From: a bacterium | GTDB taxonomy: Bacteria; Patescibacteriota; Minisyncoccia; Phycocordibacterales; UBA1006 | Assembly (NCBI GenBank): GCA_043771175.1 | Contig: JAYVHO010000012.1 | Span: 1 to 57,487 of the forward strand | Length of the DNA: 57,487 nt | Reading direction: 5' to 3' | Made by a program: the position numbers and the translations under genes | Notes under the pieces: generated by a model | Told to the model about the DNA's origin: nothing | The model's database searches: none | The model's input: the letters and a program-made list of their open reading frames with translations, nothing else | Shown here: piece after piece, positions 37,850 through 48,008 of the stretch | How the letters are laid out: every line of letters starts with the position of its first letter | How positions within the stretch are numbered: position 1 is the stretch's first letter

Positions 37850-38368
37850 TTATTGCACGCGGACGCGGTTTTGGCGTTCTTTATCTATCTTTGGCATCTT
37901 AATGGTGAGAAGTCCAAATTCTTCTTTGGCGTCAGTGTTGTCAATATCTACTTCGTCAGGAAGTTCAATAACTCTTTCAAAATCTCCCCATACCAGTTCA
38001 CTGACATGACGGGTTTCTCGGTAACTGTTGGTAGTTGGTTCTTGGCGATTGATGTTAATAGTCAAGGCACTGCGAGTGAGAGAAATCTGAACATCGTTTT
38101 TACGCGCACCTGACGTGAAGGCTGTGACAAAGATAGCATCATGAGTTTCAATTAAATCAATGGGTAGAACTTGAACAGGTTCTTCAATAATTTCTTCTAT
38201 AATGGGAAGATTCTTTATTTTCACGGTACCGAGGTTTTGAATAGAAAGATCGTCCGAATCTTCTTCAAGTTCTAGTTGGTCGTCATATTCTTCATCATAC
38301 TCAACATATGATCCACCAAAGTTAAAAAGGTCTTTTACTTTTTGCCAAAATGATTGCTTCTCGTACAT
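37850..38368 (-). CDS. Hsp20/alpha-crystallin small heat-shock protein
   Basis: PIDLIET...WGDFERVIELPDEVD...AKEEFGLLTIKMPK. Confidence 0.93.
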   Translation of the reverse strand: MYEKQSFWQKVKDLFNFGGSYVEYDEEYDDQLELEEDSDDLSIQNLGTVKIKNLPIIEEIIEEPVQVLPIDLIETHDAIFVTAFTSGARKNDVQISLTRSALTININRQEPTTNSYRETRHVSELVWGDFERVIELPDEVDIDNTDAKEEFGLLTIKMPKIDKERQNRVRVQ

Positions 38369-38369
38369 A

Positions 38370-39095
38370 TTATTTCTTGATTGTTTTTTTCTTTTGCGCG
38401 ACTGACTTCATATTACCTAATTGTAACACCCCGTGAATGAGCAAATACACAGCAATGAACAATATCCACGAAATCACTAATGATGCATACGTTGAAATAT
38501 TTGGTGGTGTGGCAATAATAATAGCAAAAACTCCGCCAATAGCTGCAGCTCCAACCCAACCAAGAATATGAAGAATATGACTGATATGAATATTTTTCTC
38601 TACTGATGCATAGGCAAACAGTGAACCAAATACACATCCGCACAATGAAAAAATGAGTGAAGAAATAAGTGGGGAAGAAGAACCAAGATATAAAGGCAAA
38701 GAAGAAAATAGAGATGATCCTGGCAAAATACTTGAAAATGTATGAGCCATTACGCCAAACCCCAAAATAGCTGTGGTGTAATAAACGATGTAGTCATATG
38801 GTTCGTCAAGCGTTTGAAGGATTGATTGAGAAAGTTCTATCATGATAAATAATATTAAGAAGGTGAGGAGGAGAAAAAAGAAAAGTTCTAAAATTGGGGA
38901 CGTGAAAGAAAAAAGGCCTAACGAGGTAATTGCTTCGAGCGCAAAGTAAGAAGTCATTCCTCCAACAAAGGTAACCAGCAATGCACTTTTTGGTTCACGG
39001 TGTTTATCTTGAGAAAGAAATACCAATAACCAAATAAGGGTAGGAATTAAAATAGCCCCGGCAGTGGTTAATGAGGAAGAATAAAACGGCATCAT
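38370..39095 (-). CDS. PrsW-like intramembrane protein (catalytic motifs degenerate)
   Basis: PTLIWLLVF..QDKHREP N-terminal signature and YDYIVY.TTAILGFG; no EExxK motif. Confidence 0.6.
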   Translation of the reverse strand: MMPFYSSSLTTAGAILIPTLIWLLVFLSQDKHREPKSALLVTFVGGMTSYFALEAITSLGLFSFTSPILELFFFLLLTFLILFIMIELSQSILQTLDEPYDYIVYYTTAILGFGVMAHTFSSILPGSSLFSSLPLYLGSSSPLISSLIFSLCGCVFGSLFAYASVEKNIHISHILHILGWVGAAAIGGVFAIIIATPPNISTYASLVISWILFIAVYLLIHGVLQLGNMKSVAQKKKTIKK

Positions 39096-39162
39096 ACATA
39101 TATGATACCGTTTTATTTTTTGCTATTTTATTGTTGTACACAACTACTACTGTCTATCGTCT

Positions 39163-41364
39163 TTATTCCCACTTTTTAATTGCTAAAAACTTTTCAAGAT
39201 TTGGATTCAGAACACGGAGATCTTTCCAAATACGTTCCGTAATAAATGGCATAAATACGTGATTGATAACAAGAATTTGTTCAATCATAAGAGAAATACA
39301 TGCACATACCTCTTCATACTGTGGGTGTTCTGGTTGAGAAAGAATCTCCTTGGTTCCTTCTATAATAGTATCCGCAAAGGTGTGCCATGTGTAGTGATAC
39401 GCCGCGTCAGCTGAAAGATATAATTTACTACCCATGATATTATTTGCAACATCTTTTTTAACTTCCAAAAGCTCTTTAATATATGTTGTAAATATTTCAG
39501 AGGTAACTTCTGAAATATTTGCAGGTTTATAATAGGAAATACAAAACCTTGCAATATTCCATAATTTGTTGGTGTATTTTTTATAGGCACCAACTTTATT
39601 GATTCCAAGATTAAGATTATTTCCTGCAGGGTTTCCAACGGTGAGTGCCATGCGTAGGGCATCTATTCCATGAGTCTCGCGGATTTCTAGAGGATCAATT
39701 CCATTACCAAGAGATTTTGAAATTTTCTTTCCATCTTCTGCATATACGGTTCCATGATAGTACACTTGCTTAAAAGGGATTTGCCCAATTAATGTGGTTG
39801 AAAATAGAATCATACGAGCAACCCAAAAGAAAATAATATCAGGGCCAGTTTCAAGTATTGAAGTGGGGTGATATGTTTTTAAGTCGTCTGTCTGTGCTGG
39901 CCAACCAAGCGTTGAAAATGCCCACAGACCTGATGAAAACCATGTGTCTAAGGTGTCTGGATCTTGTTCCCATAATGGATCTGTTTGATCAGGTGAAAAC
40001 CGTGATATGGTAAGAGGCTTGGTTGGGTGAGTCCATACGGGAATTCTGTGTCCGTAAATAATTTGACGAGAAATACACCAATCGCGAAGATTATCTATCC
40101 AGTTAAAATATACATTTTCAAATCGCTCAGGCGTCATTTGTATTTGATGGCTGCGCACCGTATGTTGCATGAGAGATTTTAAGGTAACGGTATCACCAGT
40201 AGTGATTCCTTCAATTTCACTGTGTGGAATTTTAAATTCTTTATTTACATTAATAAACCATTGCTTCATGACTTGTGGTTCAATAATACATTCACTGCGT
40301 TCTGCGGTGGCAATGTTATGAGTATATGGTTCCTCTTTAGTAACCAAACCTTTTGATTTTAATTTTTCAATAATTTTTACTCGAGTTTCTGAGATTTTCA
40401 TGCCAGCAAATTCTCCAGCAATAGGAAGAAGTTTGGCATATTTATCAATAATTTGTTCTCCTTCTAGATTGTGACGCTGTGCGATTTCAAAGTCTTCTTT
40501 ACTGTGGTACGGAGTAATAGTCATGGCTCCTGTTCCAAATTCCATGTCAATAATTGCATCCTTAATAACCGTTGCGGTAATGGGGCCGTTGATCCATTCG
40601 CACTCAAAGGTGTCGCCGTGGCTAAATTGAGCATATCGAGCATCTTCTGGGTGAACTACCACATATTTATCACCAAACTTTGTTTCTGGTCTGGCGGTGG
40701 CAATAACAAATGGACCATATTGAAGTTCATAAAAAACTGACTGTTCTTCTTTGTGTACAATTTCATCATCAGAAATTACCGTTTGACCTTTGGGATCCCA
40801 ATTAACAATGCGTTCACCTTGGTAAATAAGCCCAAGGTCATAGAAACGTTTAAATGCTTCTATGACGCCAATTTGACGAGTTTCATCTAAGGTGAATGCT
40901 TCACGCGACCAGTCAAGCGAAGAACCCATAGCGCGAAGTTGTGATTGAATGGTTGATTTTGAATCCATTGCAAATTCTTGAATTTTTGCAAATAATTCTT
41001 CTCGCGGCATTTGGCGAGGTTTTTCTCCTTTTTTCTCAAGAAGTTTTTCTACTTTTGACTGCGTGGCGATAGCTGCATGATCTGCACCAGGGATCCATAA
41101 GGTACGATAGCCGTTCATACGGTGAAATCGTGTAAATACATCTTCAACGGTACACATCAGTGCATGTCCCGTATGTAGAACTCCCGTCACGTTTGGTGGA
41201 GGCAGGATCATAGAAAACACCGGTGCGTTGGGTGCCGTAATTCCATCTTTGATATTTTGTTCAGGATTAAAAATGTTGGCAGATTCCCACTCTGTATACA
41301 AGACGGATTCATGTTCTTTGGCGTTATATCCGCTCAAATAATGATCTGGTGGGTTTTGTTTCAT
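39163..41364 (-). CDS. valS: Valine--tRNA ligase (short form)
   Basis: PPPNVTGVLHTGH, DWCISRQ, DTLDTWFSS and KISKS motifs; the C-terminal coiled-coil arm is missing. Confidence 0.97.
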   Translation of the reverse strand: MKQNPPDHYLSGYNAKEHESVLYTEWESANIFNPEQNIKDGITAPNAPVFSMILPPPNVTGVLHTGHALMCTVEDVFTRFHRMNGYRTLWIPGADHAAIATQSKVEKLLEKKGEKPRQMPREELFAKIQEFAMDSKSTIQSQLRAMGSSLDWSREAFTLDETRQIGVIEAFKRFYDLGLIYQGERIVNWDPKGQTVISDDEIVHKEEQSVFYELQYGPFVIATARPETKFGDKYVVVHPEDARYAQFSHGDTFECEWINGPITATVIKDAIIDMEFGTGAMTITPYHSKEDFEIAQRHNLEGEQIIDKYAKLLPIAGEFAGMKISETRVKIIEKLKSKGLVTKEEPYTHNIATAERSECIIEPQVMKQWFINVNKEFKIPHSEIEGITTGDTVTLKSLMQHTVRSHQIQMTPERFENVYFNWIDNLRDWCISRQIIYGHRIPVWTHPTKPLTISRFSPDQTDPLWEQDPDTLDTWFSSGLWAFSTLGWPAQTDDLKTYHPTSILETGPDIIFFWVARMILFSTTLIGQIPFKQVYYHGTVYAEDGKKISKSLGNGIDPLEIRETHGIDALRMALTVGNPAGNNLNLGINKVGAYKKYTNKLWNIARFCISYYKPANISEVTSEIFTTYIKELLEVKKDVANNIMGSKLYLSADAAYHYTWHTFADTIIEGTKEILSQPEHPQYEEVCACISLMIEQILVINHVFMPFITERIWKDLRVLNPNLEKFLAIKKWE

Positions 41365-41415
41365 AGAAATCTAGTATATATAAAAAAAGACGTTTATTCA
41401 ACGTCTTTTCAAAGA

Positions 41416-41913
41416 TCAGGCAAGATCTCGGGTAATCTTTTCTAGTGTTTTGGGTAATGCGCACAACAACCATGACCATATGAGCATGTATATAATAATC
41501 AAAGGACTCATAAAAAAAATAGGGATGTTCACAATATATGGAAGTGCCACAAAGAAAATAATATGGATACCAAATACTTGAAATGTTACAACGAGAAAAT
41601 ATGCCACCAGAACAGCAATCGCATCAAAATTAACATCAGAATGAGAGTTTACTGAGCTTGCAAGTATTGAAGATATGAAAAGAATAAACAATACCACCAG
41701 TAAAAATAATAATGAATACAAAATTACTAAGAATACTTCCTGAAATAAATCAATACACATACGTATATAATTTACCTGCGAAGTAATCACCAGCGCAATA
41801 CTGATAATCAGTAATGCTGTTGAAAGCACTAATAGGAAATTTTTCATGAGATTAATATTAAGGTTGTAAATAAAATTCTGAGTATATTGTGCAGTAAAAT
41901 AAAAAAAAGTCAA
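41416..41913 (-). CDS. Hypothetical membrane protein
   Basis: Four to five hydrophobic segments. Confidence 0.55.
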   Translation of the reverse strand: MTFFYFTAQYTQNFIYNLNINLMKNFLLVLSTALLIISIALVITSQVNYIRMCIDLFQEVFLVILYSLLFLLVVLFILFISSILASSVNSHSDVNFDAIAVLVAYFLVVTFQVFGIHIIFFVALPYIVNIPIFFMSPLIIIYMLIWSWLLCALPKTLEKITRDLA

Positions 41914-41992
41914 ATATTATAGACAATATAAGAAATATATAGTAATGTAGAGGAAATAAATTATTTAAAATAACCTAAATATATAGAAAAAA

Positions 41993-43210
41993 ATGAGCTC
42001 ACTTAAGCAGACACTCATAGGTTGGAAGGAATATGACCAGCAAGAGTTTAATATTGAAGTAAAAACATTAGATGGAATATTGAAAGAATATTCCATTGGT
42101 GAACAAGTTAATAACTTTTATCGTAATTTTCATAATGCTAATATACAACAAGAAGAAGTTAATGTTATTTTCCTTTTGTTTTCTTTAACATTTAGTAAAT
42201 TATACATAACGGCACCTTCCGTTCATAAACTATACCAAGAACTGTACAAAGTTTTTATCTGTGACGAATCTGGTATTCAAGCATTTGCTGTATACATGAA
42301 AAAAACTCCCGAACAAAAAAGTTTTTCTTTTGATGCATATATATGTCAAACACTTTTATATATAAATGAACATGAAAAGATTAGCCTTGATGATGACTTG
42401 CATGTTTTGTGTAAGAAAGTAAAAAACCTTAAAGCTCCTGCTCATTTTTACCTTTTAGAAGAAGTAATTATGAAGGATTATTCTGAGAAATATGGAAAAG
42501 AATTTGTAAAAAATGTTTATTCAGAAAGAGAACTTGGATTACTTTGTGAAATTATGAATGATATTGATTTTTTATTAACATGGTCTCGTTCAAGAACAGA
42601 AAAAGTGATTAATTACACCATTGGTATGATGTGTATGATGGGGGTTAAAAATCATAATTTAGATTTTATGCTGGTGATAAAAATTGTTGAATATGTAGAA
42701 TTTCTTAAAAAAAATTACAAAAATGTAATTACTGTTCATCTTACAGATTTATATGAGCCAACATTAAATTCAATTGTTCATTTCACTGAAGAGGGTGAGG
42801 TGGTTACTTTTCTTGAATTGAGTATCTATGAAAAGGTGCAAGCACTCAGTGTGATTGCGCAAGACTGCGATATTTGGAATATTATCTTAAATCCAAAAAA
42901 TAATTTTGTGAATATGATAGCTGTATGGAAAGAATTTAAAATTTACGAAACGATGATTCATCGGTTTGCAAAATTCTTTTGCATTTTTGAATATCATGTT
43001 GAAAATTCTGGTAATAGTCAAATAATAAAAAAGAGATATGATCAGTTTATTGAAGCATTCTCAGTTCCAAAAAAAGAACTTAACGCGGACTATATTTATT
43101 TTGAAAGTTTGGTAGAAAAATTCAAGAATGAGTTGTCAGAAAATGAAAAGAAGCAACCGCCGCTATATATGGTTGGAGCTCTAACATTACACCAAAAAAC
43201 TTTAGTATAG
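41993..43210 (+). CDS. Hypothetical protein (AT-rich ORFan)
   Basis: 405-aa ORF with no recognised motif. Confidence 0.7.
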   Translation: MSSLKQTLIGWKEYDQQEFNIEVKTLDGILKEYSIGEQVNNFYRNFHNANIQQEEVNVIFLLFSLTFSKLYITAPSVHKLYQELYKVFICDESGIQAFAVYMKKTPEQKSFSFDAYICQTLLYINEHEKISLDDDLHVLCKKVKNLKAPAHFYLLEEVIMKDYSEKYGKEFVKNVYSERELGLLCEIMNDIDFLLTWSRSRTEKVINYTIGMMCMMGVKNHNLDFMLVIKIVEYVEFLKKNYKNVITVHLTDLYEPTLNSIVHFTEEGEVVTFLELSIYEKVQALSVIAQDCDIWNIILNPKNNFVNMIAVWKEFKIYETMIHRFAKFFCIFEYHVENSGNSQIIKKRYDQFIEAFSVPKKELNADYIYFESLVEKFKNELSENEKKQPPLYMVGALTLHQKTLV

Positions 43211-43253
43211 ACAGTTAATTTATGTAAAATCCCTTCTTTTTAAGAGGGGTTTT

Positions 43254-44471
43254 TTATAAACTCATATTTCCTTGTGCAACAATATCGGAAATTACCGCAT
43301 CAGGTGCTATTAAAGATGCAACACCAATCATGACCGCGTTGTCGGTTGCTAAAATACCAACAGGAAAAGAAACTTTACAATTCAAACCATATTTTAATAT
43401 TCCTTCTTGTATTTTTTCGCGTAGGCGTGGGCTGGCGGCTACGCCGCCAGCCACTATTAATTCTTCACAATCATGACTTTGTAAATATAAAAATAATTTA
43501 TACAAAATAGTTTCCAGCGCTGCCTCTTGAAATTCATATGCAATGTACGAATGATCAACTGTTGGGTTTTTTTCTATATAATACTTTACAGAAGTTTTAA
43601 GCCCAGAATAAGAAACATCATAGCCAACAGTAGTTTTCATAGGACGAGGAAATACATTATCAGAAATTATATTTGGTTGTGTTTCAATATATTCTTGTGC
43701 AAGTTTCCCAATTTCAGGACCTCCAGGATAGGGAAGTCCTAACATGCGGGCAGCTTTATCAAAACTTTCACCCAGTGCATCATCTAATGTTTTTCCAATT
43801 TTTTCATACCCATGTTCTGTAATTGCAATAATTTCTGTGTGCCCACCAGAAACCAAAAGTGCCACAGACGGTATTGTGTGTGGTGTTAAGGTAAAGGCAG
43901 ATAAGGTGCTTTGTACAGAAAGTAAATGTCCCATCATATGATTCACGGGACGCACAGGAATATTCCAAATCATTCCCAATACCTTGGCGGTGTTTACTCC
44001 AACCCACAGTGCGGGCATCAGTCCTGGGCCGGTGGTTATGGCAATATATGTCAGACTTGGTTTTGGTGTAGTTTGTATAAATTCTATGAGCATATCCGCA
44101 AAGCCATCTTCATGTTTGCAGGTTTCAATAATGTATTGTTTTTGTTCATCAGAAAGGTGAATAGTCACGCCATAAAAATCATCCATTTCTTCTAATGTTT
44201 CCAAGGTTTCTTTGATTAAAGGTAGTATGTTTCTTATATGTTCTCGTTTCGCCATATTTGGAAATACTCCACCAAACGGACGATGGATTTCTATTTGAGA
44301 TTGAATTTTATGACTCAAAATGTCACCAGACCATGAATTTTGACGGGATTCCGCTAATGGTGGGATGACGGAAGTAGGGTTATCATTTTGTATTTGTGTA
44401 GCACTTAACAGCGCAATAGCGGTCTCGTCGCAGCTGGTTTCTATGGCCAAAATAAAAGAGTTGAACTTCAT
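43254..44471 (-). CDS. tsaD: tRNA N6-threonylcarbamoyladenosine synthase subunit TsaD
   Basis: ILAIETSCDET, HMMGH, LLVSGGHTE, DDALGESFDKAARMLGL, and TDNAVMI; contains an insertion of about 45 aa. Confidence 0.97.
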   Translation of the reverse strand: MKFNSFILAIETSCDETAIALLSATQIQNDNPTSVIPPLAESRQNSWSGDILSHKIQSQIEIHRPFGGVFPNMAKREHIRNILPLIKETLETLEEMDDFYGVTIHLSDEQKQYIIETCKHEDGFADMLIEFIQTTPKPSLTYIAITTGPGLMPALWVGVNTAKVLGMIWNIPVRPVNHMMGHLLSVQSTLSAFTLTPHTIPSVALLVSGGHTEIIAITEHGYEKIGKTLDDALGESFDKAARMLGLPYPGGPEIGKLAQEYIETQPNIISDNVFPRPMKTTVGYDVSYSGLKTSVKYYIEKNPTVDHSYIAYEFQEAALETILYKLFLYLQSHDCEELIVAGGVAASPRLREKIQEGILKYGLNCKVSFPVGILATDNAVMIGVASLIAPDAVISDIVAQGNMSL

Positions 44472-44533
44472 AAATATTATGTTATACTATCGCACAGAAA
44501 AGTGTGTTCGTCGAGAGGGGAATTACTTTTTAC

Positions 44534-44605
44534 GGCCTCATCGTCTATCGGTTAGGACACAGGATTTTCATTCCTGGAAGCGGAGTTCGATTCTCCGTGA
44601 GGTCA
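44534..44605 (+). tRNA. tRNA-Glu(TTC)
   Basis: ggcctcatcgtctatcggttaggac...ttTTCat...gttcgattc...tgaggtca. Confidence 0.96.
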
Positions 44606-44700
44606 CACAAGTCAAATAAGACCTATTATAGTGAGCCTTAAAGCTCCTGTTATAGTCACTAACAAAAAATCACCAATTTATTGGTGATTTTTTGTTGATA

Positions 44701-45114
44701 TTATTTTGGCATTTTGCTCATATCCATATAAAATGGCTCCCATATATGACCATCAAGGTCTTCAACTTCATAACCAAACATAAAATCAGTTTCTTTGTTT
44801 ACATCTGACATGTAATAATTGCCACCTTGCTCTTTGGCTATATCTGCAAATTTTTGAACTAGTTCTTTTGAATCCAATGAGAGAGCAAGAAGTGCACCTG
44901 AAGTTTTATGAGTATCAGCAATACTTTTTTCTTGTATAAAATTGGAGTAGAAAGAATGAATTAATAGCATCACGATAATATTATCTGACCAAACCATTGC
45001 ACTTGCAGTTTCACTTGAAAACATTGGGTTTTTAACAAAACCCAGAGCCTCATAAAAAGCAGTTGCTTTCCCAAGGTCTTTTACGGGCAAATTTATGTAT
45101 ACTTCTTTTTTCAT
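44701..45114 (-). CDS. VOC/glyoxalase family protein
   Basis: YINLPVKDL.KA..FYEALGF and EDLDGHIWEPF. Confidence 0.9.
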   Translation of the reverse strand: MKKEVYINLPVKDLGKATAFYEALGFVKNPMFSSETASAMVWSDNIIVMLLIHSFYSNFIQEKSIADTHKTSGALLALSLDSKELVQKFADIAKEQGGNYYMSDVNKETDFMFGYEVEDLDGHIWEPFYMDMSKMPK

Positions 45115-45242
45115 ATAAAAATCATACCATAATAAAAAGAGTCAGGTACCATTACTCCTTAAACCCTATCAAGATCTTGATAGAAAGAGAGTAATATGAG
45201 GGTCTGACCCCATTTATTCATCTATGATATGATAAATATACT

Positions 45243-46046
45243 ATGGCATTTTGGGATAAAATAACTTCACGAGGAAACGTTGACGACAGACGAGGGTCTT
45301 CTGGTGGAATGCGTAATATTGGATTTGCAGGAATTATTATGGTGGGGCTGATTACTTATTTTAGCGGAGGAGGTGTTGGTGAATTTTTTAATAACTTACA
45401 ATCCATGTCCGGTCCAACAGTAACAGAAGAACAAAAAGCGGCTTATCAAGGAAAAGATGAATATGAAGTATTTGTATCAACGGTGATCGGTACTATTAAT
45501 GATATGTATAAAACACAATTTTCACTGCTTGGTAAAACATATACTGAACCAACATTGGTGCTGTTTCGTGGTTCAACTCAATCATTATGTGGTGGGGCAT
45601 ACAGCAGTTCTGGTCCACATTATTGCCCGGCTGATCAAACAATTTACTTAGATGAAACATTTTTTGAACAGTTAACAAATACTCTGGGTGCACATGGTGG
45701 TGATGTTGCACAAGCATATGTTATTGCTCATGAAGCAGGGCATCATGCTCAGCATTTATTGGGATTACTGAGTGATTCAAAATCAAATTCGCAATCCATT
45801 AAAGATGAACTGCAAGCAGATTGTTTTGCAGGAGTGTGGGCACATTCATTAAAAGATCAGCAAGTATTTGAACTCAATGAAATATCAGAAGCAATTGACG
45901 CAGCAAAAGCAGTAGGGGACGATGCAATACAACAAAAAATAGAAGGGCGTATCACACCTGAAGATTGGACACATGGTAGTAGTATGGCACGTATGAATGC
46001 ATTTACTGGTGGATACGAAAAGGGAGCACTGAATCAATGTAAATAA
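45243..46046 (+). CDS. Neutral zinc metallopeptidase, YpfJ family
   Basis: GPHYCPADQTIYLD, AHEAGHH, ELQADC.AG, and WTHGSS. Confidence 0.92.
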   Translation: MAFWDKITSRGNVDDRRGSSGGMRNIGFAGIIMVGLITYFSGGGVGEFFNNLQSMSGPTVTEEQKAAYQGKDEYEVFVSTVIGTINDMYKTQFSLLGKTYTEPTLVLFRGSTQSLCGGAYSSSGPHYCPADQTIYLDETFFEQLTNTLGAHGGDVAQAYVIAHEAGHHAQHLLGLLSDSKSNSQSIKDELQADCFAGVWAHSLKDQQVFELNEISEAIDAAKAVGDDAIQQKIEGRITPEDWTHGSSMARMNAFTGGYEKGALNQCK

Positions 46047-46134
46047 TTTATATGAATAGCTGATTTTTATTTTTTGCTTTGGATTATATTTCAAAGATGT
46101 GTCTATTTCTTGGGGAAATAGTATAATTAATATT

Positions 46135-46641
46135 ATGATAACTCGCAGTCACACCCATAATGGAAAACAATATTTGTTTGAATACACTGAATGTGATTCC
46201 TTTGATCATTTGATTGATTATCCTATTAGACAAGTCCGCAGTGTTACTGTTTGTGATGATAAATTTGTAATTGTTTTAAATAAAAATAAAAGCTACGGAC
46301 ACCCTGGAGGAACTCTTGAAAAAGATGAGACTGTGGCGTTGGCGCTGAAACGTGAGCTTTTAGAAGAAACAAGCTGCAGTTTAATATGGTGGAAGCCACT
46401 TGGTGTACAAAAAGTGACTGAAATAGAAAATGGCAAAATTTATTATCAAGTACGTGTTGTTTCTGAGGTAGCATTTGCAGAATTTACCGGTGATCCTGAT
46501 GATGGAATTATTGCTTGTGAACATGTAAATTTTAAAGAAATGAATAAAAAAGTTAATTGGTATAAAATTGGTGATAAAATACTTGAAAAAAGTTTGAAAT
46601 TATTAAAAGAAAATAAAAATGATATTGATTTGCTAAAGTAA
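46135..46641 (+). CDS. NUDIX hydrolase
   Basis: Nudix box GGTLEKDETVALALKRELLEET. Confidence 0.9.
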   Translation: MITRSHTHNGKQYLFEYTECDSFDHLIDYPIRQVRSVTVCDDKFVIVLNKNKSYGHPGGTLEKDETVALALKRELLEETSCSLIWWKPLGVQKVTEIENGKIYYQVRVVSEVAFAEFTGDPDDGIIACEHVNFKEMNKKVNWYKIGDKILEKSLKLLKENKNDIDLLK

Positions 46642-46743
46642 GCAAAAAATATTTTGCTGGTGTATTGTGGTTACTTTTGAAATAATGAGGAGTATACTAT
46701 CTATATGGTCGAACTTTCTACTTTATAATTAGAGATTAAAATT

Positions 46744-46908
46744 ATGTTAATAACTATAACTGTGATACTGGTTGCACTATGGCTGCTGGGTATTATTACT
46801 TCAACTACACTTGGAGGATATATTCACTTGTTACTGATAATTGCCGTCATTGTATTTCTTATTAGAATTATTCAAGGAAAAAATCCTATCAAGGAACTTG
46901 AAGATTAA
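46744..46908 (+). CDS. lmo0937-family small membrane protein (54 aa), not in the ORF track
   Basis: MLITITVILVALWLLGIITSTTLGGYIHLLLIIAVIVFLIRIIQGKNP... matches the family pattern LWLLG...GG.IH.LL..A. Confidence 0.85.
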   Translation: MLITITVILVALWLLGIITSTTLGGYIHLLLIIAVIVFLIRIIQGKNPIKELED

Positions 46909-46933
46909 AAGCGCCGAAAGGCGCTTTTTTATG

Positions 46934-47428
46934 TTATCTATTATTTTCAATAATGTTATATGCCAAAATATCAGAATCAAAATTTTTGCGTTCTTCTAAG
47001 CATTCTGACTGTTGTGGATTGTCATAGTTCATACATTCTGTAGACTGAAGAGTAAAGGTGGTAGAAAGAGTTTTTTCTCCTGCGGCAGACGAATAGATAT
47101 AGGTACGGTAGGTGCTTCCTGCAGCGCCTTCGTTTGTTACCGTGACACAATAAGGAACTCCTTGAATTTCTTTCAGAGTTGTTGTTCCGCGCTCTTGGGA
47201 TGTTAGTGGTGACTCTTTGCAAATAAATGCAGATTCTATGGTAGTTACAGCAGGGGGCCACACATCACCAACTTTTTTAATATATGTTGTTGACAGTGAC
47301 GTGTCATAATTTTTTACAACAGGAGAAGATGGTATTTGAGAAATTTCAGGTTGAGAATTTTTATAAATCCATAAAGCACTCATAACAATAATAATAAGGA
47401 CAACGGTGGTAATTATTTTCTTTATCAT
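46934..47428 (-). CDS. Hypothetical membrane-anchored protein with Cys pairs
   Basis: N-terminal TM helix and four Cys in the soluble domain. Confidence 0.7.
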   Translation of the reverse strand: MIKKIITTVVLIIIVMSALWIYKNSQPEISQIPSSPVVKNYDTSLSTTYIKKVGDVWPPAVTTIESAFICKESPLTSQERGTTTLKEIQGVPYCVTVTNEGAAGSTYRTYIYSSAAGEKTLSTTFTLQSTECMNYDNPQQSECLEERKNFDSDILAYNIIENNR

Positions 47429-47478
47429 ACCGTCAGCATACCATGGAAAACAATGTCAAGATATGATAAGGTAAGTAT

Positions 47479-48006
47479 ATGGAAAAACCAACGTATTGTG
47501 ATTATGTAAAAAATCTACCAATAGATAATGTTCACAAAATTTATCATGACACTATGTATGGATTTAAAATAGATTCTGATCATGAATTATTTGAACGTTT
47601 GATTTTAGAAATTAATCAAGCGGGTTTAAGTTGGGATACTATTTTAAAAAAGCAAAAAAATTTTAAACAAGCGTATGCACAATTTGATATTGAAAAAGTT
47701 GCACAGTTTAATGAATTTGATTTTGAACGATTGATGAATGATGCTGGAATTATTAGAAATAAATTAAAGATTTTGGCAGCTATTTCTAATGCTCAGGTTA
47801 TAATGGAAATTCAAAAAGAATATGGCTCTTTTAAGAAATGGATAGAATTTCATGATCCTCTTGATAAAACGCAGTGGGTAAAGTTATTCAAAAAAACGTT
47901 CAAATTTACTGGCGGAGAAATAGTGAATGAGTTTTTAATGAGTACCGGATATTTAGAAGGCGCACACCATGCCGATTGTGTAGTTGGGAAAAAGTTAAAA
48001 AAGTAA
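47479..48006 (+). CDS. tag: DNA-3-methyladenine glycosylase I
   Basis: YHD..YG, LEINQAGLSWDTILKK, IIRNKLKI, and GAH. Confidence 0.95.
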   Translation: MEKPTYCDYVKNLPIDNVHKIYHDTMYGFKIDSDHELFERLILEINQAGLSWDTILKKQKNFKQAYAQFDIEKVAQFNEFDFERLMNDAGIIRNKLKILAAISNAQVIMEIQKEYGSFKKWIEFHDPLDKTQWVKLFKKTFKFTGGEIVNEFLMSTGYLEGAHHADCVVGKKLKK

Positions 48007-48008
48007 AT

